DNA from: a virus
Taxonomy: Duplodnaviria; Caudoviricetes
IMG/VR virus record: IMGVR_UViG_3300021091_000001
Span: 96,001-160,000 of that record
Length of the DNA: 64,000 nucleotides
Strand: one strand, 5' to 3'
Below the pieces are notes generated by a model, which did no database searches, was not told the origin of the DNA, and saw only the letters and a list, made by a program, of their open reading frames with translations. A program made the translations under genes and the position numbers. This document shows, one piece after another, positions 26,615 to 36,390 of this stretch; positions within the stretch are counted from its first letter, which is position 1; each line of letters opens with the position of its first letter.

Positions 26615-28720
26615 CTAGCTAGCGTTATCTTTTACAAACTTTATCTCACATGCGTCCGTTGTACAGTAAGCCTCGCCAATGGCATCAGCTGCCATGCCCG
26701 CATATATTCCAGTAAAATCAATTGCAATTAAGTTACTGACACTGCTTTCGTATTCATCTTTTGTGATTTGAGTGTAGGGCATCTGGGGATATGTTTCATT
26801 TCCTTGTGGAAGAAATGAAACTGTTTTAATCTGACCATCATACATATGAAGAACTGTTCCTATGTGCTGTTTTTCTTGTATTGAGTCAAAAGAAATAGTT
26901 ACTGAAACAGAATTGTCTGACCAGTATCTCTGCGCTGCTGCAGCTAGTGCCATCTTTTCAAAGATAGTTACATCTTTTTCTGATCTACTAGCTTTTGACT
27001 CTATTGGAAAGAATACAACAGATGTTGTATCTGGCGATTCCGAAGCCTGTTCTACTCTGTAATTAGCCATCTCAAATAGTGGTAACATTGGGTCTTTATT
27101 TGAAAATCTAATTGCACGAAGGAAATACTTACCACCTGGTGTCCAGTGAACTCCTGGTGATTCGCCAGCAAGAATAGATACTGTTCCAGATGGCTTGACA
27201 GTTGTCATTTTAATTGACTCTCTAATTCCAAGCCACTCAGAATAGACGTTATCGTATCTTTGAATGGTTTTATATCCCTGATCCATCCACTCTCTAAGGA
27301 CTGGCATACCTACCTTGTCAGTAAAGTCTGCTATACCAGACATAGATGTTCCAATTCTTCTATTTCTCTGCATGATTGCATTAGTCTCTTCCCAATGAGT
27401 TGGGAGAAGAGTTACTGTTTTAGCATAGAGATAGGCAAACTTTAGAGTGCGCCTATAGTCTTCTAATGATTCATGTCGGCCAAGATATGTCTCGACTAGA
27501 GTGCAGCATTCGTATGACTCTAGAGACTGCTCTGCACATGGATTAAATCCAGCTACTCTATGGTCTTTATTATTTGGTGCGTCTATTAGTCTGCCATATT
27601 TGCGAGACATATCCATCCATATAACACCTGGCTCTCCATTTCTGGCTATTCCATCCACTATTGGAGAAAGATCTTGACCAACGCTAACTTCTACCGAATT
27701 ATTAGACATCCAAGCCCAACCTGGGTTCTCAGAGTCATATGAATTTCTTTCAGAAAACACTTCAGAGTTCTTTAAATTCAAGAAATCTTGATCATCAATT
27801 CTTCCTATTAATAGTTCTGCGGAACGACGAACATTGCCAGAAACAACACACACACCAATGAGGTTGCCGATGTCTGCAATGTCTGTTCTTGTAAGCTTTT
27901 GTCCAGCTCTGCTTTTAAATATTTTATTAATTGCCTTATGAAGCTTCTTCAAAGGATCTGGACCAGAAGCAGTACCTCCAAATGTATTAATCTTAGAACC
28001 AAGAGGTCTAATAAGACTGTAGTTAAATTCAATTGGATTTTGATCTGGTTTAAGATACGAATTAATTAGCATGGCGGTTGACTCTGCCCAGCCTTCACGA
28101 TCATCAGATATGGAATGAGTGATTACTGGTTTATCTGATTCATAAATTAAAAAGTCTTTGTCTGCACCCTTATCGTCAAACCCAACTCCTACCCCCAACA
28201 TAGATGCTTCCATGAGGAATGCAAATGGTTTAGCTGGATTAAGCTTAGTCATTTCAGATGTACTTACAAACGCACAGTTTTGTAGCGCTGCAGAGTTTTT
28301 CTGCACATTGACGATCTGAGTGCCCATCATCCATAAGCCTCTTCCTGGTGGTGTCCACTTAAGATTGAACAAACGATCAAACGCTTCTTTTGCTGAAGCC
28401 TGTGCCTTAGCGTCGTTCCATGGAAGTCTGTTTTTCTTACAATGGTCTTTTTGGAGAGAGTACATTCCGTTAATTACTCTTTCGCATACGTCAACCCAGC
28501 TCTCTTTTGTGCCATCTTCCTTAATTCTTGAATAGGTTCTTAAAAATGTTATCTCACCAACTGAGTTGCCTGCAGCGTCAGTATTGCCAAAAGGTGGCTT
28601 TTTAATTCTATATGAATCTAAGAACTCATCAGTTATGCGAAAAGAGTACATAGAAGACTGTTTTACCTGCTGTGTTATTGATTGGATTGGTGATTCTTGC
28701 ATTGTTGTTTCTGCTAACAT
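26615..28720 (-). CDS. nrdJ: Class II (cobalamin-dependent) ribonucleotide reductase, monomeric RTPR type
   Basis: TFLRTYSR, PPGRGLW, LQNCAF, GNVRRSA, NPCAEQSLE, TVKPSGTVS, C-terminal CTTDAC. Confidence 0.92.
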   Translation of the reverse strand: MLAETTMQESPIQSITQQVKQSSMYSFRITDEFLDSYRIKKPPFGNTDAAGNSVGEITFLRTYSRIKEDGTKESWVDVCERVINGMYSLQKDHCKKNRLPWNDAKAQASAKEAFDRLFNLKWTPPGRGLWMMGTQIVNVQKNSAALQNCAFVSTSEMTKLNPAKPFAFLMEASMLGVGVGFDDKGADKDFLIYESDKPVITHSISDDREGWAESTAMLINSYLKPDQNPIEFNYSLIRPLGSKINTFGGTASGPDPLKKLHKAINKIFKSRAGQKLTRTDIADIGNLIGVCVVSGNVRRSAELLIGRIDDQDFLNLKNSEVFSERNSYDSENPGWAWMSNNSVEVSVGQDLSPIVDGIARNGEPGVIWMDMSRKYGRLIDAPNNKDHRVAGFNPCAEQSLESYECCTLVETYLGRHESLEDYRRTLKFAYLYAKTVTLLPTHWEETNAIMQRNRRIGTSMSGIADFTDKVGMPVLREWMDQGYKTIQRYDNVYSEWLGIRESIKMTTVKPSGTVSILAGESPGVHWTPGGKYFLRAIRFSNKDPMLPLFEMANYRVEQASESPDTTSVVFFPIESKASRSEKDVTIFEKMALAAAAQRYWSDNSVSVTISFDSIQEKQHIGTVLHMYDGQIKTVSFLPQGNETYPQMPYTQITKDEYESSVSNLIAIDFTGIYAGMAADAIGEAYCTTDACEIKFVKDNAS

Positions 28721-28733
28721 TTTTTAAGTCTCC

Positions 28734-29435
28734 TTATTTACTTTCTAAAATCTTGATGTACTTTGGATTCATTTTATTTAATTCTGCTTGTTTTATTTTT
28801 AGTATCTGGTCAAGTGAATATACCTTATGTATTTCTCTTTCTATAAAATATCCACTTCTCCAATTTAGGACCTTGCTTATGTGTGAAGAGTAATTAGTAA
28901 AGACATTGCATATCACAGCACCGCCATAAATCTTTACTAAATTTTTTAATTTGTCAGCTGCTTGATCTTTCTTCTGCTTAGAAGAAAAATACTCAGTATC
29001 CATATTCCCATATAGCCAATTATAAGCCTGCCTAGTCAATGGAGATATATCAATCTGATTAAAGATTCCCAAATCCATGACAATCTTTCTATTCTTTTCT
29101 ATCTCTAAATCTTTTTTGACTATATTGCGGAATAATTCAAACCAGTCTCTTTCATTAAACTGAGGCCATCCTCCAACCCAAAAAAGCATTGCGTGTTTTT
29201 CATCAGGAATTGTATTTCTATTTATTATAGGCGACAAGCATGCGCAAGCTACAGACTTTTTAACAAAGTCTTTTGCCTTTTGTTCATCTGCAAGTTTCTT
29301 TTTTTGTACAGTCCATAGTTGGCCTATCTTTTCTTTCCAGTCAGCCTCTCCCAAATATATTGTCAAATACTTTTCTGCCAAATCAAAAGATAGCGTTCCG
29401 TTATTTGCTAACGCTTCTATAGATTGTATAGACAT
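28734..29435 (-). CDS. Hypothetical protein
   Basis: 233-aa ORF with GAGGA RBS. Confidence 0.7.
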   Translation of the reverse strand: MSIQSIEALANNGTLSFDLAEKYLTIYLGEADWKEKIGQLWTVQKKKLADEQKAKDFVKKSVACACLSPIINRNTIPDEKHAMLFWVGGWPQFNERDWFELFRNIVKKDLEIEKNRKIVMDLGIFNQIDISPLTRQAYNWLYGNMDTEYFSSKQKKDQAADKLKNLVKIYGGAVICNVFTNYSSHISKVLNWRSGYFIEREIHKVYSLDQILKIKQAELNKMNPKYIKILESK

Positions 29436-29490
29436 GAATAATCCTCTTTATGTTTACCTAAAGATATAAAACTTGCTTATATAAATCGAA

Positions 29491-29516
29491 TCCCGCCCTA
29501 AATTTATAGGGCGGGA
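29491..29516. terminator. GC-rich 10-bp hairpin (terminator or RNA-stability element)
   Basis: TCCCGCCCTA-AATTTA-TAGGGCGGGA at the boundary between the structural and metabolic modules; weak U-tail. Confidence 0.5.
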
Positions 29517-29558
29517 GTATCGATCTTCGCCTAAGAAGATTATATCATAGGCTGTCTT

Positions 29559-29846
29559 TTATTTTTTATCCGCGATGCTTCTTCGAACTTTTTTTTCTAG
29601 AAGCAAGTGTGCTGTTAATATTGTCCAACTTGCGATTGGAATAATACTCTTGAGAGGTCTTTCTGTTGATCTCCAAAAAGATCTCGTTAATGTTTCTATT
29701 TTTTTTGATTTTATTGCGTAATAATCATATGTTGCTATTATTGCAACAAGTGCCAGCCAAGCATATGCTCCAGATATTCTACTATCCTTTTCTAGGAGGA
29801 CAGGAGATTTATAATAATCAGAGAGCTTTTGAAGAGGGGACGCCAT
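29559..29846 (-). CDS. Small membrane protein
   Basis: MASPLQKLSD...GAYAWLALVAIIATYDYYAI...IPIASWTILTAHLL; start moved to 29846. Confidence 0.6.
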   Translation of the reverse strand: MASPLQKLSDYYKSPVLLEKDSRISGAYAWLALVAIIATYDYYAIKSKKIETLTRSFWRSTERPLKSIIPIASWTILTAHLLLEKKVRRSIADKK

Positions 29847-30429
29847 ACCACTCATTGACTTTTTCGCGTCCATAATCTCCAGTTGTATTTGCTTGTCCGT
29901 ATCCAGTTGTAAAAACTTTTGCACTTGTGACACCCTTTTGTTCATCTGGCCTGAACAAACCAAAAGATGCTGCTGCACCCTCTGCTTCTGTTCTTGGACC
30001 ATGACCTGTGTTAGCAAATATATTAGCAGATGTTACACCGTCAAACACATAGTTGCTGTAAAGACTATAGTCTGTTGTGCGCTTTTCGTGACCAAAGGCA
30101 GAACCAAATGCCTGAGCTCCAACAAGACCCTTAAACTCTAGTGGGCGGTATCTAGCACCATCGTATGTTGCAGATCCGTCTGGGAAAACACCAGAAAGAG
30201 GATGCACATAGAGTGTAGTGCCATTAAAAAGCTGTGAAAGAAGTACGCTGCCAGGATGACGACCAGTTCCAGGAACATGATGATTATCCGGAGCGCCATC
30301 AAGAACATGGCTAGTGCTAAATAGTGGATAGTAGGAATAGGTTCCAGCCGTGCCCTTGAATGGATTGACCATATCATTAGTATTTTGACCCTTCAAAACT
30401 GGTCTTGGTCCAACATAAAAAGTTGCCAT
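29818..30429 (-). CDS. Gly/Thr-rich hypothetical protein, probably virion-associated
   Basis: 203 aa, strong AAGGAG RBS, upstream TTACTATAT motif. Confidence 0.65.
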   Translation of the reverse strand: MATFYVGPRPVLKGQNTNDMVNPFKGTAGTYSYYPLFSTSHVLDGAPDNHHVPGTGRHPGSVLLSQLFNGTTLYVHPLSGVFPDGSATYDGARYRPLEFKGLVGAQAFGSAFGHEKRTTDYSLYSNYVFDGVTSANIFANTGHGPRTEAEGAAASFGLFRPDEQKGVTSAKVFTTGYGQANTTGDYGREKVNEWYGVPSSKAL

Positions 30430-30458
30430 TATACTCTCCTTATAGAAACATTGTAATT

Positions 30459-30467
30459 ATATAGTAA
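30459..30467 (-). promoter_or_regulatory. Candidate phage late-promoter motif TTACTATAT
   Basis: Intergenic copy 30 nt upstream of the ATG at 30429. Confidence 0.45.
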
Positions 30468-30493
30468 AAAGATTCTTCATTTTTTGCAAGGAA

Positions 30494-31759
30494 TTAAAGG
30501 TTATAATCAGCCTGAATAATCAAATCTGACAATACTGGTGGTATTTTATTGTCAGGCATGAGCATTGTTAGCTCTATATAAACACAGGTTGAAGCTCCAG
30601 AATTTGAATTTGTACTATAATTTCCACCAACTTGGTAAAAAACCCTGTAGGAAGATATCTCAGAAACTATAGACTGTGACACGTTATATATCTTTGGCGA
30701 TACATTCGTGATTTGGTTTATTGTTTTTCCAGAAGGGGCATCAAATTTAATAAAAGTCTTACCTGTTGGAAGAAACTTCTCGTATCTAATATCCATATTG
30801 GATAGCCCATATGTATAAACATATTTGTTATTTTCAACAACATAGTTTTTTTGTCTGAGCAGTATTCTGACGGCAGTGATACTCTTTTCCTCAAACAAGA
30901 AATTAAGAGGACCAGCGTTATTTATGACATCAGAACCAAGGACACTCCAGCCTCCTGGGGCAACCTTGCCAACAGCATCATACTGTCCATCATAATATCC
31001 TGGGTTGACAGGGAAGTATACATCTTTATCAGAGAGCGTTGGACTTAAGGTAGTTGTATATTCTACCTTTACAACATCAACTCCACTAGCTGGATAAGGC
31101 ATCAGTCTTATGCAGTTTGACAAAGAGGTTCCCATAGAACCAGATGGAACCTTTACATATAGATAAAGACTAACTCCTAATGGATTTACCTCATTGAGTA
31201 TGACATTTCTTCTCCAGACCTTATCTGGTTGGTCTAAAAAGGCATACTGAACTGGAGTACTGTCTATTACCGAACCAGAAGAGTCTCCTCCAGCAAGGCT
31301 ATTGTCTATTCTAGTCTCTAGGAAATCTGGTATTACTTGACCTTCTATAGCATTAACAAACTTAATCTTTGAATAACAAGATCCAGTTACCCTCGGGAGA
31401 GTCAACTGATTGTAATACTCATCAAAGTTTAGCAGTGTCCCCGTATTGAGCGCATATTCTGTATTATAAAATGGAATTACATCTATTTGTGACTTCGAAT
31501 ACAGTGAAAGCTGATTTGTGTTTTTGCTTTCTAGTGACCTTATTCGATCATATAAATCATTTACTGCTGAAGAAAGATATATATTTTCTTTAACAACTCT
31601 TTCTATAATCTCCGATACCTTTTTGTCTAAAACTCCATACTTATTGTATAGATAAATGAGATCGGCATAATTTTGCTCGACTCTCTGATTAAAATCAGTG
31701 CTTGAAATCGGACCATGGTATTGTTGAGCTTTTTTCTCTGTGTATATAAATTCTGGCAC
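30494..31759 (-). CDS. Putative virion structural protein (baseplate/tail region)
   Basis: N-terminal GPISSTDFN coiled coil, then beta-rich domains; gene context. Confidence 0.55.
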   Translation of the reverse strand: MPEFIYTEKKAQQYHGPISSTDFNQRVEQNYADLIYLYNKYGVLDKKVSEIIERVVKENIYLSSAVNDLYDRIRSLESKNTNQLSLYSKSQIDVIPFYNTEYALNTGTLLNFDEYYNQLTLPRVTGSCYSKIKFVNAIEGQVIPDFLETRIDNSLAGGDSSGSVIDSTPVQYAFLDQPDKVWRRNVILNEVNPLGVSLYLYVKVPSGSMGTSLSNCIRLMPYPASGVDVVKVEYTTTLSPTLSDKDVYFPVNPGYYDGQYDAVGKVAPGGWSVLGSDVINNAGPLNFLFEEKSITAVRILLRQKNYVVENNKYVYTYGLSNMDIRYEKFLPTGKTFIKFDAPSGKTINQITNVSPKIYNVSQSIVSEISSYRVFYQVGGNYSTNSNSGASTCVYIELTMLMPDNKIPPVLSDLIIQADYNL

Positions 31760-31765
31760 TTTAAG

Positions 31766-32203
31766 CTATTCCTTTTTCCCTATTAGATCCTCTAATATAT
31801 TCAGTTTATGGATCATACGACTTATTTTAGATGAATTTATCATTTGTTTATTAACATTGTATATGGAATTATTGTAAGGTGTGGCCGAGTTTGTAGAATA
31901 TTGATTTAAGTTTTTATCATAAGTTGTATAATTTAAATATACAGTTGCCAATATGCTGCTATCAATATAGTAATCTGGAGTAGCTGTCTCAAAAACATTA
32001 GAATAGTCTTTAGATATTTGAGCCAAAGAAGACTCTAATGTTTCAGCTTGTTTTGCCAGCCTTGCAGAGTCGACAATGAACTGATCGTAGTACAGGTTGA
32101 GCATGCTTGAAGGTACTGGCCCCTTATATGGTAACCTTTGCCTTGATATATTAGGCTCAAAAACCGTTTCTCTTTTAGATTTGTCTACATATGTTTTTGC
32201 CAT
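31766..32203 (-). CDS. Putative structural protein
   Basis: RLPYKGPVPSSMLNLYYDQ N-terminus resembles its neighbours. Confidence 0.5.
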   Translation of the reverse strand: MAKTYVDKSKRETVFEPNISRQRLPYKGPVPSSMLNLYYDQFIVDSARLAKQAETLESSLAQISKDYSNVFETATPDYYIDSSILATVYLNYTTYDKNLNQYSTNSATPYNNSIYNVNKQMINSSKISRMIHKLNILEDLIGKKE

Positions 32204-32211
32204 AAATTTTC

Positions 32212-34440
32212 CTAGTGTTTAAATTTTAATCTGTAAGAGTTAATAGATGGACTAGCAAAAGCGTTTTGTCCCCTAAAGAGATCTGCCCTTAATCTAAGGG
32301 AGGTAATTCCATTATTCAGATTCTCATAATAATAAACTATACTTCCAGAATCTATTTCTTTTTCTCTTCTGTAAACTATTTCTTTATTTCCTTCCCAATT
32401 AATTATTGAGAAAACATTGTCCGCATTAGAATATAGATTTCTTAAATCTTCTATTTTAACTTGATATAAATAGTTTTGATAAACTTTAATAGATGGTATA
32501 TTTTTAATTGATATACCTTCAAATAGACTCAAAGATCCGTTAAATGAAGAATTAACACCATTGGTATGATTTGTGGAATTATTGATAACGATTGCTAAAC
32601 TATTTTGTCCTTTTTTAAAATTCCATGTTACAGAAGATTTTAAAACTCCAGGCTCTACTCTAGAGAGTAATCTTCCGTTCAAATAAATCTCTACATCCCA
32701 ATACTGAGATCCGCCTAATCCATTTTCATATATTGTTTTTAAAACATTTTTTGTTATTGAAACATCAGAATCTGAAAATATATTTGTTGACACATGTATA
32801 CTACCATATTGGAAATTTGCTCTAAGGAAGTCTTGGCTATCTGGAACGGACATATTACTTTGTGATAGAACAAGATCGTTTCTTTTTCCGGCTAGAACAT
32901 CTTGCCAAACAGATTGACTAAGTGAAGTACCACTAACAAAAGAAACTCTTAATTGATTTTGATCAACATTTTCTAATATATAAGTTTCTATTGGGTTGAC
33001 TCCTGCTGGCATTTTGCATAGTCTATACAAAGAAAATCCTATATTGTTATAATCATTTTGATAGAAGTAGCTTTCTATTGGATTTCTCCAAGTTGTTGCT
33101 CTTGGAACTTTGACTAAATCATTATCAGTTGGCAATATGGATTCACCACTTGATTCAATTATTTTTTTTGCTCTTAGAGCTGCTCCATTAAAATTTATTA
33201 CTTTTTCATTTGAAGAAATAGGATAATTACTTGGTGATATTGAATACCAATTTAACAGTTCAACGTTAGGAGAGTTATTATCAACTGCAACATAGTAGTT
33301 AATATTGCATCCGTTTGGGATCTGGTCATTAGTCTCTAGCATTACAGCATCTATCATTAGAGATGTATTTTGATCACTAGGTATACTGATCGGATTGCTT
33401 ATATATCTAGCAGAGAAGTCGTAATACGGAGCAGTAATAACTAAATCATCTATTGTAAAATCATAAACATAGATTTTATTTTGCGAAGAATCAGTATTCA
33501 CATAATCTGGTTCTGCCTTTGTTAAATAAATATCTATAAAACCAACTGGTTTTGGATCAAAATGAAAAGAAAATACGTCATAGTCCAACAATCCACTTTT
33601 AGAAGCTAATATCGAATTAGATCTATCTTGTGCATCGCTTATAACTACTGAGATGTCTACCGCTTTTTTAGACCTAAGTCTTCCCTCTATTACTGATACC
33701 GAATTATTAACAGCTGTTGAAACTGGGACAGTTATTTTTAAAGTACACAAACCTATTGTGTTTGATTTGTATCCAAAACTACCATCAGTTGCTTGATAAG
33801 TCCAAGGATCATTATTCAATCCACTAAATACATTCCCAAAATTGACACCACCTCTTGATTCTTTTACTTCACCATCAAAGACAATTGTTAATTCAACAGT
33901 AACGCTATTGTTTAGAATATTTGCAACATAATTAAATAAATCAGAACTTAATTTTGGAAGGCTTACTTTTCTAATTTCTGTATCAACAAAAGCAGAAGTG
34001 TTATCTAAATCAGTACTGTTAGTATCATTAAATGCATTAGATACACTATAATAAAATCCATCTGTGTTTTTTAAAGCAAATAGGTGATCATCAACTTTTT
34101 TTTCAACCTCTGCTCTTTTATTCTTTAGATTATCTAGTCTAAATTTATAAGAAGAAATTACAGAATATAATTGTTCCACTTCTTCATAAAACGATTCATA
34201 AAGAACATCTGTATTAAATAATAAAGTAGCCATTATTCTATTAAGCTTTTCATAATCTATTGTATCAGAAAAGTTAAGATCGTCATATCTTAGCGTAACA
34301 GGATCTCCTATCCTATTAACATTAAAATACTGACCAAACAATACAGAAATATCATTACTATTTGGCTCTGATCCAAGACAATAATAAATTTTCATTATTG
34401 TTTCTAAAAATCTTTTTTTCTGTATATTTTCTATACTCAT
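32212..34440 (-). CDS. Putative baseplate/tail structural protein
   Basis: 742 aa; N-terminal coiled coil plus beta-rich domains; C-terminal LRADL...SPSINSY motif shared with neighbours. Confidence 0.55.
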   Translation of the reverse strand: MSIENIQKKRFLETIMKIYYCLGSEPNSNDISVLFGQYFNVNRIGDPVTLRYDDLNFSDTIDYEKLNRIMATLLFNTDVLYESFYEEVEQLYSVISSYKFRLDNLKNKRAEVEKKVDDHLFALKNTDGFYYSVSNAFNDTNSTDLDNTSAFVDTEIRKVSLPKLSSDLFNYVANILNNSVTVELTIVFDGEVKESRGGVNFGNVFSGLNNDPWTYQATDGSFGYKSNTIGLCTLKITVPVSTAVNNSVSVIEGRLRSKKAVDISVVISDAQDRSNSILASKSGLLDYDVFSFHFDPKPVGFIDIYLTKAEPDYVNTDSSQNKIYVYDFTIDDLVITAPYYDFSARYISNPISIPSDQNTSLMIDAVMLETNDQIPNGCNINYYVAVDNNSPNVELLNWYSISPSNYPISSNEKVINFNGAALRAKKIIESSGESILPTDNDLVKVPRATTWRNPIESYFYQNDYNNIGFSLYRLCKMPAGVNPIETYILENVDQNQLRVSFVSGTSLSQSVWQDVLAGKRNDLVLSQSNMSVPDSQDFLRANFQYGSIHVSTNIFSDSDVSITKNVLKTIYENGLGGSQYWDVEIYLNGRLLSRVEPGVLKSSVTWNFKKGQNSLAIVINNSTNHTNGVNSSFNGSLSLFEGISIKNIPSIKVYQNYLYQVKIEDLRNLYSNADNVFSIINWEGNKEIVYRREKEIDSGSIVYYYENLNNGITSLRLRADLFRGQNAFASPSINSYRLKFKH

Positions 34441-34441
34441 A

Positions 34442-36383
34442 TTATCTAAACCTTACACCGATTTTATATGATCCAAGAATTGGAGTGACATTACTTCCCT
34501 TGGTCTTCTTAAGAACTGCCCTAAACCTAATGCTTTTTATTGGGTTTGGCACTTCGGGATAGCTATAGTAGGCTATCTGTGGCAAAATGTTATTTGAAGA
34601 AAGATTTTGATTAAAAGAAATTATTTCAGGAACTGCTTCGAAATTTCTTTGAAGTGGAGATATTTGAATCCAATTCAATCCATCATCAACACTTATATAG
34701 TAATCAATTGATGTTGAATAATCTTCGGAAGAAGTAATTTCATCTGACACTTCTAAGCTTACAAGATCTACATCCTTATGCACATAAAAAGGTTTAGATA
34801 CTATTTCTGCTGAATCTGTAAACATTTCTTTTCCAACATAGATATCTCTTATTCCAATTGCTGCCCTCTTAGCATTGAGATATTCAAAATTTCTTTTCAG
34901 ATATACTGACTCCACTTTATTCGTAATGATTTTATTTTCTGTAGTTACATAAGAATAAGACAAATCTACTCTTAGCGTATCTGATGTTGAACCCTTTATG
35001 GAATTTGGTGTTTCAAAATTTGGAACTATTAAATTTTGATTCCATTTTATATTTTTTGCTCCATCTGGAAGAACACCAGAAGCTTTTGGATTAAATCTTT
35101 CTTGATCTTTCCATTTTACGTTTAAATTAGAAGACGTATAAGGAGTCCAGTAGGCGTGTTTGATTCTTACATCCTTAAACTCTGGTTGTTCAAAAGTAAT
35201 ATATACTTTGTTTGCTAAAACCTCTGGAAATCTTAGCACTCCTTTATTATAAGAATAGTTCTTATAATTAGAAATTGTTGCACCAGATATGTCTGCACCA
35301 ACATACATGGGCCCTCCATTAATCAATTCATAAATATTACTTTTATCTTTTTCATTAAAAATTTTAATAGATATAATTTTTAGATTTTTTATTGAAGCAT
35401 TTAAATCAATATTATCATATCCAAAAAATGGAATAATTGATATATAATTTATATACTCACCAGAAGACTTTGTTGATGTTAGTTCTACAGTTAGCTTTAA
35501 TGGTTTAGTAGAATCAAATGATGACCAATCTATTTCTGTGTTGTTTGCTAGATATTGAAATTCATAGTCTTGTCTAGCTTTGGAACCGCTGATTTTTCAC
35601 TAAACTTATTGCTTCATATTCCATATATGAAGCTGGACTTTCATCTGTCATTTTTGCAGGATCAGATTTAATTATGGAGGAATCTTTTTGAAAAAGATAT
35701 GGATGATTATCTGCATTAGCTAAACTGTTAGATGGTTTACCCATAGTATAAAGGAAGTTACATCCGGGTAAACCATTTGATACTCCAAAAACGCTGCTGT
35801 TTTGTGTATTAGACTCATTATAGTTTTGATTATGAATTACAATTTTTGATTTCCAGGGCTTAATATCTTTTTTGCGCAGGCATGCTATTCCATCAGTTAC
35901 GTCACATAATCCAACTTGATTAGACTTGTTGACATCAATCATATCCATATTGTTTAATAAGTCGCCAAAGTAAGTTATGTTATTAGATGTACTTCCAGAA
36001 TAAAGTTCCAGTGCTGCTACTTTAGATCTTATTCTATCTATAAAGGATTTTTCTGATTCAATTTCATCATGAATAATATTAAAAGTATTAACATAATTTG
36101 CTGTTAAAGAATCTATTTGATGAGTAACCAAATTAATATCATTAGATATATTTCTGACAAATGTATTAAACCTTTGCGATGAAGGAATATCGCCTTTATT
36201 TATAAAATCTAAACTAGTCATTGGTCCACCAATAGATTTTTTAATTTCAATAACCAAATTTTTATAAGCTTCGTCATAATCCTTTGGAGAAACATTATTG
36301 TTTCTAACATATTGTGCTATGAACTCTTGAACTTTTGAAATAACTTGAGCTGTTGCAAGTGTATTTGTAGATAATTGTGTCAT
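34442..36383 (-). CDS. Putative baseplate/tail structural protein; needs a +1 shift at CGG 35588-35586 (about 646 aa joined)
   Basis: Junction AAT CAG C GGT TCC AAA GCT. The +1 frame stays open across the otherwise unassigned 35327-35573 gap into the 34442..35326 ORF. Confidence 0.7.
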
Positions 36384-36390
36384 AAAAATC

